The notes under the pieces were generated by a model that was not told the origin of the DNA, ran no database searches, and saw nothing but the letters and a program-made list of their open reading frames with translations. The translations under genes and the position numbers were made by a program. From the NCBI RefSeq assembly GCF_009914755.1, contig NC_060929.1: a DNA stretch of 64,000 nucleotides. One strand, given 5' to 3'. This document shows positions 26,634 through 39,817 of this stretch, piece after piece. The number at the start of each line of letters is the position of its first letter. The stretch's first letter is position 1. The stretch is from the human T2T-CHM13v2.0 reference genome, Homo sapiens.

Positions 26634-28192
26634 ACTATTATTACCAAGTTGTTTGGATATAACTACTTAATAAATGGAACAGTTAGACATTTCTTTTGGC
26701 ATAGAGATGCTATAAATATTACTGACACACTAAGGGTGGAAAGAACAGAGAAAGTTTTAGGAACTCTACTATATCATATCATTCTATAGATAAAGATGTG
26801 AGTTATTATATCGTATCATTCTGTAAATGAAGATGTGAGTTATAAGGTAATGATTGTAGAAACTTCAGCACGATACCTGGCAGAGAATGAGAGCTTAGTA
26901 AGTGGTTAGTATGATTCGTATTGCAAAGATGTGTGTTTGCTGCCCTTGGCTGTGCATGGCAAAAGGGCAGGTGCTGTACAGATTTATTTTACTCATGCAA
27001 GTTTTTTTTTTTTTTTACTCTTCATGTTGCCTCTGTTTTTTCCTCTCTCCAGGGACAACCTGATCATCAGGCAATTTTTGTAAGCATGTTTTAGAAAAGT
27101 TAAACCCCTGTCCCAATCCAGGATTCAAGGGATCTCTTTTCATCAAAATGTTGATTCTCCTGCATCTCCCTCTTGCTGATTAAGGCTCAGTGAAGAGTGC
27201 CTAGTTCTAGTGTAAGCACAGACAGCTGAATCTACAAGGTGAATTTTTAATCGTTTAGAGGAAGCCACTTTTATCCCTGCATGTACTCCTTCATCTCACA
27301 TGGCAGAGTAGGGTTAAGGGGAACCTCTCTGAAGGTTGAAGTAATTTAAGCTCTGGTTCAAGAGTAGGTAAAACAGATTGAAAAGGAGAGAAAATATTTA
27401 ACATGTGAGCACCTCTGTGGAGGTAGCTCCCCCTCCTTTTACCTCCTCTTTTATCAATCCCTTATTTCCCCTAACAATTACAGATTGTGTTTTCAGTAAG
27501 ATAGGACCGATTACCTTAAAAGGTAGATTTGGTTTTCTGGATTGAATGCTAAACCGGGGAGTGGGTTGACAAATGGTTAATCTGATTTAACTGATAAAAT
27601 GACCAAAATACCCTGGCTGATAATGTGGAGTTGGGCTGCATTGTTTGATAATCTGCCTTATAGTAGCTTTCAATTTGGCAGCATTTCAAGCCCACCTTAT
27701 CTTTTTCTTAAAATAATACCCTCCAGATTTCCTCCTGGAAAACAGAATAGTAAAACAAATCAGGGCAATTTGGTAAATTTTTTAGAGTTAGAAATAGAAA
27801 AGAATGTTTAGGGTGGTGGTCTTTACACTTTTTGATCATGCATGCCATCAGTTAAAAAATATTTGAACATGCACCAGTATACGAATATTTATGTATTTAT
27901 AAATTATACATATGCTACGGTACTAATATATTATGTACATTATAAAATCTCACAGAATTTTAAAGGAGGAGATAAAACAGAAATAGAGTTCATGTGTTTT
28001 CTTCTGGCATCTCAGTGGATTGTCTTGCTGTCCCCGGCGATGCACCACCACCCTGCTTTAGAGTCCACTGGTTGACCCAGAACTTAGAGAGAGAAAACTT
28101 ACAGGAATCAGAAGACGTGTTCCTGCTCTCTCATCAGAGCAAGGGTGACCAGGGGCGAAGTCACTGATCTTTTCTGAATTTCTCTTCAACTA

Positions 28193-28513
<321 letters not shown>

Positions 28514-29291
28514 TGAGGGGATGGACTAGCAATGGTTCTCAACTGGGGGTACCTTTGTCCCCTCCTGGGCGTTTTGGTAGACAAGCATCAGGTATGCTAA
28601 CTTTCCTGCAGTACGCAGGACAGATCCACATAAGGAAGATTTGTCCAGCCTCCAAAGCCAATGCTGCCCCTGTAACAAAACTCTGGAAAATAACTTCCTG
28701 TGACCAGGGAATAGAAATCCTTACAACTCCTCCCTCCACCCTGCTCTGCACAGCCGTCCTCAGTGCATTGGAGGAAGGATGCTTGGAAGATAGCACTTTT
28801 CTGTTTCTCTGGTGCCTTCCACTGGACAATGCTAGGTGGTCCCAACTGCCACTAAGGCAACTGAGGCCCAGCCTTGACTTGTGCGGTCAACTGTGAGGTT
28901 GAATCCAAGTTTACTAGCTATTAATGAAGGTTGTTTTAGAAGAATCATAGACTTTCAGTGTTGAATCTTTGGCCCAGAGAAGCTAAGTGGCATCCCCAAG
29001 ACCACACAGCTAGGTTAGCAGCAGAACCTGGCTCTCCTGGCTCACAGTCAAGTGCTCTATTCAATTCATGCCTCCTCTCAGCTGTGCTCATCTGAACTAG
29101 TGAATAGGACAGCCTCTAGCCTTATTTCTGAAGCCAAATGATCTGTATTTCTAGCAGTAGGAGGAGAAAGAACAGCATCATGTAAGGAGGTAAAGGCAAG
29201 GTCTGAAATCAGAGTCAGAGACTTCAGTTCGGAACAATTCAACATGATTTTGTCAATGCAGAGTGAAAAGTATGCAGTAAAGAATAGTCTT

Positions 29292-29587
<296 letters not shown>

Positions 29588-32334
29588 GAAGAGTCTCATC
29601 TTTTCTTGGGCTCTTCTTACATGGTAACCCAGGTTGCTTTTGTATATTGTGTCATGTATTTGATAGATATAAGTCTAACAGGCCAGAAACTCAAATTAAC
29701 AGTGTTTCTAATGAGATGTGCATTTACATTCCTCCCATGGAACTGTCTGGATGTCACCTTCTGTTGGCTTCACTTGATCAGAGGGCCAGGCTCCTTCCAA
29801 CCCATTGTTCTGCCAACCCCTTGTGTCCTCCTGCCCATGGTCCAGAATGGCTTAAGCTGCCACATCCACACTCTAGCCAATAGATGAGGAAAAGAGGAAA
29901 GGAAACACACTCCTTCCTTTTAAGGGATATCTCAAAAGTTGGCCTCAGCATTCTCACTCACAACCTATTGGACAGAATCTAGCCATAGGACCACACTTGG
30001 AAAGGAGGCTGAGAATGTAGTCTTTGAGTGGCCCAACTGAAATATGGGGATTCTATTATGAGAAAGGAGAGAATGGATACTGAGAGACGAGTCATCCAGG
30101 TGACAGACTGTGAATGGAGGGAATGGAAAAGGCAGTTGAACATCTGAAAAACCAGGTGCTCATTTCAGAACTAGTTAGTGATGCTGTGTCTACGAGTCAG
30201 ATAATTAGAACCGTATAAAGTCATGGTGTGTTTCATGAGGGAAATCAGACCAACTGTTGCCCACAAGGGCAGTTACAGAAACTCTCTGAATCCAGTCTCA
30301 TTGTCTGTAAAATGGAGATAATAGGACTGACCTCTTAGAGTTGTTGTGAAGATTAAAGGAAATGATGGCGTACAGAGATTTTATAAATTCCAAAATGCTA
30401 TATAAATGAAAACTATAATGATGATACCAATTGTAAGATGAAAGTTTATTGTTCTGGCAATCTGTGAAGAAGGCAAGAGTCCTGAAAGTCGCCTGAGCTT
30501 TCTCACCGGGCTCAGTGACCAGCCTTGATTTTCTCTTCTATAGATGTGAATTCACTGCTCGCATAAAGCCACCAGCGGTGTTGAGCAGACAAAGGGGTTT
30601 TACATTCCAGAAAGAACCAGGCAAACACCAAGTAGGGGGTATTTTGCAGCAAAGCACTCAGCTTCACCCAAAAAATGGTGGAGGAAGGGCCTAGGGGAGA
30701 CTGTTGAGGTCACTCTGGCCTCTACTCCAAGAAAGCAATTCCCACGACTCTGTTTCTCACTAACTTGTGTAGAAATGAAGTGCAGGAGAGATAAACATCT
30801 TGACTTGTCTTCAGACTTCCACAAGGCAACAAAACAAAGCAAAAGACTGTTTCTCTACTTTGAAAAGAGCATGTTCAGCATCTGCCCTAGTTTGATGCCA
30901 GGCTGAAGTGGTGATGGTAAGACCTTTAAGGACAGAAATACAAAGATTTATGCTGTGTGGTATTTTACTACAAATTGCAAGGGTTATCACAAGTTACAAT
31001 ACATTGAGGATTCCATTTGAGAGGAGAGATGTCAGGGGAGGAAGTGAAGGTGAAATCACTGAATTCAACACGTTTCTGTGGCCCTGACCACTCAGCCCCC
31101 TTGATTTTTACCATTATGCCACTTTCCGGAGTGTCAGTGCAGGAAAAGAGACAGACGGGAAACAGCCAGCTTCAGGGAAGGTCACCCTCTACCCCTCAGA
31201 ATGCACCCAAGCTGAAGGTAGCACTAATCTTCCATATCCAGTAAAGAGTTCCAGAATTTTTTGATCTATATATGGAACTACAAATACGATTTTGCTTGGT
31301 TTTCAGTGGTAACATTTAAATTTCTAATACGTTAACTTCCATGGTCGTAAAGTAATAATAATCTAGTTTCCAGTGATTATGGTAAATATTGTTTGTTGTT
31401 GATTTAAACATTATTTAATATTTTTTGTACATGTACTGGCCAATTAGAACTTGGGCATTGGTGTCAAACGGAGAAAGGCTCAAATCCCTATTTTGCCACT
31501 GACTAAATCTTGAGCAAATTGTGAACTTTTCAGGGCTTAGGTTTTCTCCTCTGTAAATGAAAATAAGAGTGATACCTACCTCACGGAACTGAAGGAAGAA
31601 TTAAATAAAGCTATACATAGCCTTCTTTCCCTTTGTTCATGAAACAGAGGAAACACCCATCACTGGTAATTAATGGTAGCTGTGTTTGGTATTAAGTGAT
31701 ATCTACAATACTGTCTGAATCCATATCACCACCTATACTTCATCCAGCATCATGACTTCCCAGGAGTAAAGGATCCTAAAGCAAAACTGGGAGAGTGCTG
31801 TGTTGGTTTGAAAGTGTTTCTGCTTCCTTGAGGAAAGCCTGGAGTGTTAGTCGGGAGAGGAGTGAGAACAGAGGGTTGGATCCACCTGTTGCCTCCAGTC
31901 TCTTAACCACCAAACTTGACGTGAAACCTGGAGACAGAAGGTGAAGCTCAGGAGCACAGATGTGAGGAAGTAGAGCTGGAGAGGGGATCTGAAGGCAGGT
32001 CCACATGTGCAGCAAAGGCCCCTTGTGAAGCCACATGTAGGGTGGAGTGGAGGTGGGTGGGAGGGAGGGGCAGACTGAAGACCCAGGCAAAGAGTCAAAG
32101 GGGCCGTAACTTGGGCACCAAGGTGGAAATGGGATGAGGGAACAGGTCTGAAAGGCATGGTGGGGTGGCTGGAGGGAGGTGGGCAGGAGAGTCAGTCCTG
32201 TCCCTGGAGGTGCTAATCCAAGGCCTGGGGCAGGAGTACTGATGCTGTGAGTCAAGATGCAGGGCTCAGTAGTATCGGCTGGCTTCTTGATGAGGTCATC
32301 TGTTTACATGAGACATCTTGGCTTGATTTCTTTC

Positions 32335-33900
32335 TTTAATCATTCATTAGTTCATTTATTCATTCATCAAGAAGCATTGCTTGAGCATTTGCTAGATGTC
32401 TGGTAATACTATGCTAAGCTTTGGGATGCCAGGGGAATAAGAACTTGCTTACTGGCTTCAAGTGGGTGGGGACAAGGTGACAAATCAACTGATAATTAAA
32501 ATACAAGGTGAGCATTGCTCAGATTGGGGTGCACCAAGGACACCAGGGCAGCCTAGAGGAGGGGCACCTAACCAGACTGGGGCGGGGCCAGAGAAATGAG
32601 GTAACGTCTCAGCTGATCTGAGTCATGAAGAATGAGTAGGGGTGAGCCAGGCAGGAGTAGGGAGAAGGACATTTCATGTAGAGGGAGCAGCAGGTTCAAA
32701 GGCCCAGAGGCATTGAATGGCATAAATTTGAGCCCTGCCAAGTTCTTAAGTATGACTGGAATGTAGAATGTAAGGAGGGGACACGGTACGGGATGATGCT
32801 GGAAGGATAAACAGGGGGACAAAAACACGCTCTTCTAAGGGGTTTTAAAGTGTGAAGTACGTGATCAGATTGCATATTTAGAAAGATAAGTAGTATAGCA
32901 CTGTGGAGTCCAGACTGGAGGTACAGGCAGTGCAGCATTGGTGGCAGGGGAATCAGAGCCCATTGTCATATTTATGAGGACTTGGTCTTCAAGGGCTGTA
33001 AGGATGAAATGACAGAAACACATTCAAGTGATATGAAAGAGGTGGAATCTGCTGCATAGGTAACTGATGAGATGGTGGTGAGGGGTGTAGAGTGAACTCA
33101 TAGAGGAAAGCATCAAGAATTCTGGCCTTGGGTAATGAGAGAGAGAGAGAGAGAGAGAGAAGGCAAGCAGTGAAGCTATGTTTTGGTTTGGTTTTGGCAG
33201 TAGGAGGAGGAATGATTCATTGAGCTTTGGTTATGTTACACTTGGGGTGCTTGGTAGTCACTGGGTAGATGTTCAAGAGGCCCTCACAAATCCATGCCTG
33301 GAGACCAGGAGGCAGGCCAGAGCTAGAGGTGCAGAGTCACGAGGTGTCACCCTGAAGGTGGTGCCAGAAGCTAAGGGAGTGGGAGATGAGTTTACCCAAG
33401 CAAGACTACGAGGGAGAAGAGAAGATGGTGACAGGGCGAAATCCTGGGAAAGACCAATCCTTAGACGTAGCAGAGAAAGGGGGGTGGATGGAGGGTATTG
33501 GAAAGGAGGAACACGAGAAGTAGAAGGTGACCATGGAAGAGCAGAGTCATGATTTTCAACGGAGCCAAGAGATTGAAGAAGCAAGGGTGGACAATGGTAT
33601 TGAAAGCTGCAGAGAGTCATTAAAGACTGAGATGCACTCACTGGATTCACTACAAAGTTGTTACGGTGCCTTGGTAAGAACATCTCAATAGGTTTGTAGT
33701 GAGAGTGGCCAGGTGGGCGTAAGTTCAGGAGTAAATAGGAGGTGAGGCAGCAAAGAGAACTTCAAGGAGGTTGCCTCTAAGGAGAGGAGCTAGGGGTGCA
33801 GGTATGGTAGGGAATTACTGTTTTTAAGGTGTGTGAGTCTTGAGCATAGTAAATACAGAAGGATCTGGTAGATACTGGATCTAGGGGGATCAGGACAATG
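32335..33900 (-). mobile_element. L2 remnant(s)
   Basis: (ATTC)n 3' end followed by purine-rich L2-like body. Boundaries approximate. Confidence 0.6.
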
Positions 33901-33959
33901 AGAGGAGGGGGAACAGATGGGGCAGTTCAGGGCCTGAGAGATGAGCCAAGCTCTGGAAC

Positions 33960-34132
33960 AGCAGTTCACAAACCTGGCTGCACATTAGAATCACCTGGAG
34001 GGCTTTAAACAAATAGACTCCTGGTTCTGTCCCCTGTAGATTCTGATTTAAGTGGTCTGGAGTGGAGTTCGGGCCTCAGTCGTTTAGATCACCGAGTGAT
34101 TCTAATGTGTAATCAGGGTTTGAGAACTACTG
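33960..34132. mobile_element. MER5A-like MITE
   Basis: ctggctgcacattagaatcacctgga...gtgattctaatgtg...tttgagaactactg. Confidence 0.8.
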
Positions 34133-34809
34133 TATTAAGTATTCATTAATTATTTGTTGAATGCTTTAAAAAATTGTAGGGATGCCCTTAATTCTTCTTA
34201 GCAACAATGGACGTTCAAACATCTGCAAAAGAGCTTGTGAAGAAAGTATAAGACATGGTCCCTGCTTTCAAGTTGCTTATAATCCCATAAGAGAAATAGT
34301 AACAGTTTTTAATAAATACAATGTAAATGTGTTAAAGTAGTGGCACAATTTTCATTAGGGTAAGATCACCAGACCTGCATGGTCAGGGAAGGTGTCAAAG
34401 GGAGGGCTTGGCCTTTGGAGTAGTCAGGGAGCCTAGGTAAGCAGAGAAGAGGAAGGTTCCCACATGCCCAAGACAATATCATGACCACTCATTTCCTGAG
34501 CACATCTTCCATACTGGCTGCTTTACACACAGTATCTCAAATGTTACAATCATGCAAGACGGTTATATGTCATGCCTGTTTTACAGAGGAAGAAACTGAG
34601 GCTTAATGAATTTAATATCAGCGACACAGCTAACAATAAGTGGCAGAATCAGGATTCAAGCCCAGGGCTGGTTGACTACAATGCCAGTGCCCTTTCCACT
34701 ACAATGGGCTGCTGCTTCCCACCGATCAGACCCAGGCTCCCAATTACTATTTAGTGCTGTAGCTTTGGGGACACACCACTTTTGCCAAAGCTCAAGGTGG
34801 AGAAAGCCC

Positions 34810-34860
34810 TCTTCCGCTGGGGCTTCCTGCTCAGGGCCCTTTGTGCAGGGGAAGTACACA

Positions 34861-34909
<49 letters not shown>

Positions 34910-35178
34910 TTAAGAAAGTCTTCCTGGTGATTCTGATACTGTTTAAAATTTGAGAACTAAAATTTCAGTCCCTACTTTGTAGGTACAAATCAAGACCTCA
35001 GTTTCTTCAGCTGGGGCTTCCTGCTCAGGGCCCTTTGTGCAGGGGAAGTACACACACACACACAGACAGACACACAGACATACTTTTAAGAAAGTCTTCC
35101 TGGTAGTTCTAATGCTGTTTAAAATTTGAGAACTAAAATTCCAGTCCCTACTTTCTAGGTACAAATCAAGACCTCAGT
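34810..35178. repeat. Tandem duplication (period about 194 bp), each copy with a (CA)n tract
   Basis: Copies at 34810-35002 and 35004-35178. Confidence 0.93.
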
Positions 35179-35577
35179 GTGCAGCTGCAGCTATTCTCTG
35201 AGCATCTGAAATCTGCAAATGGAAAGAAGGAACTGGGGAATTACAGCCTTAGAAAGAATCATTACCTGCCTTCCAGCAACGTAGTACTTTGATCAAAGAG
35301 TTCTGATGTTCACAGTAACATTTGCTAGTGTGAATGTATCTAGTTCTAGGACCATGGATAGATTTCAATAAAGGGCCATCCTCCAGTCTTGGAAAATATG
35401 TCATGGCTATTTTTTTCTTGGCAAAGTTTAAAACTGGGCCAGTCCTAGACAAAGCAAAACATTCTCTGTGCCAAGCAGTTTCACAGGGGCCTCGAGATAT
35501 AAACCTCATGGAAATTGTACAATTTGCCCAAACAGATGTACTGATTGTTAGCATCTTTCTTGTTTGGTCATTGACAG

Positions 35578-35695
35578 GAGGAAGTGATTGGAGATTTGAA
35601 ACCAGGCACTGAATATCGTGTGAGCATAGCAGCTTACAGCCAGGCTGGCAAAGGGCGGCTGAGCTCTCCTCGGCATGTCACCACTTTGTCCCAAG
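35578..35695 (+). CDS. EGFLAM: EGFLAM coding exon 4, end of FN3 domain 1 ([39 protein letters not shown])
   Basis: ttgacag|GAG GAA ... CAA G|gtaaag. 118 nt, phase 0 to 1. Contains the FN3 L.PGTEY.VSI.A motif. Confidence 0.97.
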
Positions 35696-36174
35696 GTAAA
35701 GTAGGTTCAAATTCATTAATAGGTGGCAGGCTGCTATCCATGCATCCTTCATTCAGCAAATATCAATAGGGACTTACTATGTGCCAAGCACTGTGCTAGG
35801 CTCTGGGAATTCAGTAGAGAACAAAAGTAAGCACAGCTCCCGCCCTCTCAGAACTTAGTGGGGTGAGTCTAGACATTCCCTCATTAGTGTGTAGTTGCAG
35901 AGTGTGATAGATGCTCCAGCACTGTAGGAATGTACAACACAGGGGTAAGGGAAGAATTCCCTGAAGAGATGACAACTAGTGGAGATCCTACAGGTAAGTA
36001 GGAATTAAGAAGGTGAGGAAGTGGAGTGGGAGAAGAGATTTATAGGCAAAGAGAATGCAACTAATGTTTATTGAGGTGACACCAAGTGGACAGTAGGCTA
36101 CAAAGTTGGGTTGATGCTGGTCACTGCTGGCAAGGAGCTTTTTGTGGAAGGAGAAGCCAATGACAAATGAGTGA

Positions 36175-36480
<306 letters not shown>

Positions 36481-37170
36481 GTGACAGCAGCACTTCTAAG
36501 GACTGCACCGGAAGCTGTGGAGCACACAGGAGGGCGCACTTCCTCTGCCCCAGCCTCGGAGGCTTTCAGAAAAGTCCTGCCTTTGGCCCGAGTTACAAAA
36601 AATGCATAGGATTTTGCTAGGAAGAAAAGACAGGAAAGGTCTCCCAGGCAGATGGAGTAGTGTGAACAAAGGCTGGGAGATGTGTGTGTCCGGAGGTGAT
36701 CAGAAACAGCGGTCACTTGAAGTGATGGGATCATGGGTGACTCCTGCATCTTTACATAGAAGGGCATTTCCCAAATGACCTACCATTACTATGTATTCTG
36801 ATTGTCAGGGGCAAAACACACAGAGAAAAGAATGATTGGCAGTGATCCTAAGCATTCAATTTTCCTTGAAGGTAAATATCAGTTCTGACAATGCAAACAG
36901 ATGGAATGCTATTAGGAGTTGAGAATGTGACAGAAGGTTTTCCAGGGAACTTACCACTGTGTGTCCCAGGATCAGTGGCTGGGACATAATTAATTGGATT
37001 TGCAGTCAGGGGTGCAACGGGGAGAAGGGGAGACCAGCTCTCATTGACTCGAACCTCACATGGTGATCAAGTTGTGATTATGTTTTTATATTTGTTTGGT
37101 TTGGGTTTTGAGGCTGTTCTGAACAGAGATATTTTGGGTATAGGAAGCACTCGAGCTGTTTATGTATTAT

Positions 37171-37248
37171 ATTAAACGTCTCCAATGGCTGAGACCACCA
37201 GCCTAGCCCATTAAACCTCTCCAACGGCTGAGACCACCAGCCTAGTCT
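37171..37248. repeat. 39-bp tandem duplication just upstream of the exon 5 acceptor
   Basis: attaaac[g/c]tctccaa[t/c]ggctgagaccaccagcctag, two copies. Confidence 0.93.
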
Positions 37249-37272
37249 AGTTGTGTTTGTCATCCCACCTAG

Positions 37273-37408
37273 ATTCCTGCCTGCCTCCTGCAGCTCCCCA
37301 GCAGCCACATGTCATTGTGGTTTCGGATTCTGAGGTGGCCCTGTCTTGGAAACCTGGAGCGAGTGAAGGAAGCGCCCCTATTCAGTACTATTCTGTGGAA
37401 TTCATCAG
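37273..37408 (+). CDS. EGFLAM: EGFLAM coding exon 5, start of FN3 domain 2 ((D)[44 protein letters not shown](R))
   Basis: cccacctag|AT TCC ... ATC AG|gtaagt. 136 nt, phase 1 to 2. Not called in the ORF track but reads open in the spliced frame. Confidence 0.96.
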
Positions 37409-37444
37409 GTAAGTCTGTATGTCACATTCAAAAGCCAAATGTGT

Positions 37445-37858
<414 letters not shown>

Positions 37859-39523
37859 TTAGGCCAGTAATGATCTCCACACATCTTTGTTGGTGGGTCA
37901 TCTGGTAAACCTGTCTGTATCACATACCTCTTCCTCATTTCCCTGGCACAATCAGAGACTATTCTAGGCTCTGAAAACTCCTGAGGTACCATTTCTGATA
38001 AGCCTGCCTACATTTCAAGCATGAGCCTTGCCCTCCTGGCTTTGAAATATTATATATGAAAGTAAATATTTGATGATGCTGTTTCTTAGGAGCAGGGGAA
38101 AAATCTTTTAACAACAAGGACAACCCATTGTTTCTTTCACGTCCGTATTGCCTTGGGACAAGTGTCTTGGTTTGGCCTCAATGTTTTTCTTTCATCTACC
38201 TCTCCATTTCTTATTATTCAGCTTAGCAGAGGGTAGAGAGTGATTGGAAATTCTTTACAGATATTAAAGCATTGATTCTCAATTGAGTGCTGCTATGTAA
38301 TTTTAAAGAAAGAGAGAAAGGAAAACAAAGGTCAACAAAAAGAATTCCCAATCTAAGATATTTCCTCTGGACTCTAGTTGCTGTTTGATTTTGAATGGAA
38401 GCGGTGGCTGGTGAGTGAGTCTGAAAACAATGTTTGTGGAGTTGGGATTCTCCATGTTAAAGGTGATGGGGCTTGTCTGAGGCCTGCTGCTTTCTGCATT
38501 CATAAAGAGACTGGTTCGGGACCTCATTCCTAAGGCTCTCTGAAGCTGGGACAAAGGATTCTCCCAAGATTTGATTAGCTCTGCTTCTGTGTCTTGACTT
38601 CCTAGCCTATTCCTTGGTAATGGAAAGCAGATATGTGTTTCTTCAGAGGTGAGGTACTGCACAGAATCTCTTTAATGCTTCAGTACAGAGTGTTTCACAC
38701 AGGACTTGGTAAATTGCAAGTGTCAGAAGTGTGAAAGGAGAAGATGAGGCAGTAATGCATCAGCTCCTGTAACTGAAAAGTCCAGCAGCAAATCTAAATT
38801 CAGGGGAGGCTAGATCCGTGTCAATTCAGCAGTCTGACTCCATGCGCCTCTCTGTTTTAGTGGCTTCATTTTAGATGGGCTTTTCCCATAGGGTGGCAAA
38901 ATGGCCAGCAGGCAGTCAAGACCTACAGTGACCAGCCTAGCTCCCTAGGAAAGAGAGTGGCTTTCTCCATGGACCCAGCAAAATCTCAATATTTATTCTC
39001 ATTGGCCAAGCTGAAGTCTCTTTCCATCCTTTGCACAAGTCACTGTGACCCGAGTGGGAGAATTCATTGATTGGTCAGGCACTGGTCATATTCCAAGCTC
39101 TGGAATTAACAACTGGTTGTTCACTCAAACCTGGTGTATGTGGATTGAGTATTCAAGAGGATTGGACCCTCAAAGGAAAATTGTGGTACAATTACTGGAA
39201 AAGAGGGGAACAGAGTCTAAGATTTTTTTTTATAATGCCCACTGCAAAGCCCCAGAACAATGCTTTGCATTGAAGATAATCTACGCCCCTGCCATTGAAC
39301 AGATTTTGTAGGCAAAACCTGGAATATCCCTAAAAAAAAAAGATTCTAATCCTGGTTCCAATACTGGTAAAATGTGCTACACTGAAAATCCTAAAACTTC
39401 AGCTTTCTCATCTGTAAAACTTGGGGCAAAACTTAACATTTATAATTTACTTCCACAGATACATTAGACAACACCAGCAAAGCAAGATGTAATACTTTAA
39501 AATTTTGAAAAATGCACACTTCT

Positions 39524-39817
39524 GGCCAGGCGCGGTGGCTCACGCCTGTAATCCCAGCACTTTGGGAGGTCAAGGCAGGCAGGTCACCTGAGGTCAGGAG
39601 TTCGAGACCAGCCTGACCAACATGGTGAAACCCCATCTCTACTAAAAATATAAAAAATTAGCTGGGCATGGTGGCGGGTACCTGTAATCCCACCTACTCA
39701 GGAGGCTGAGGCGTGAGAATTGCTTGAACCTGGGAGGCAGAGGTTGCAGTGAGCCGAGATTACACCACTGCACTCTAGCCTGGAGGACAGAGCGAGATTC
39801 TGTCTCCCAAAAAAAAA
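39524..39817 (+). mobile_element. AluS
   Basis: Full dimer with A tail. Confidence 0.93.

Noticed and set aside
26770-26843. 37-bp tandem duplication, and 15-25 bp duplications at about 12849, 15290, 42351 and 49007
   Set aside because: Ordinary slippage duplications in repeat-derived DNA with no individual significance. Counted only in the window-wide theme.
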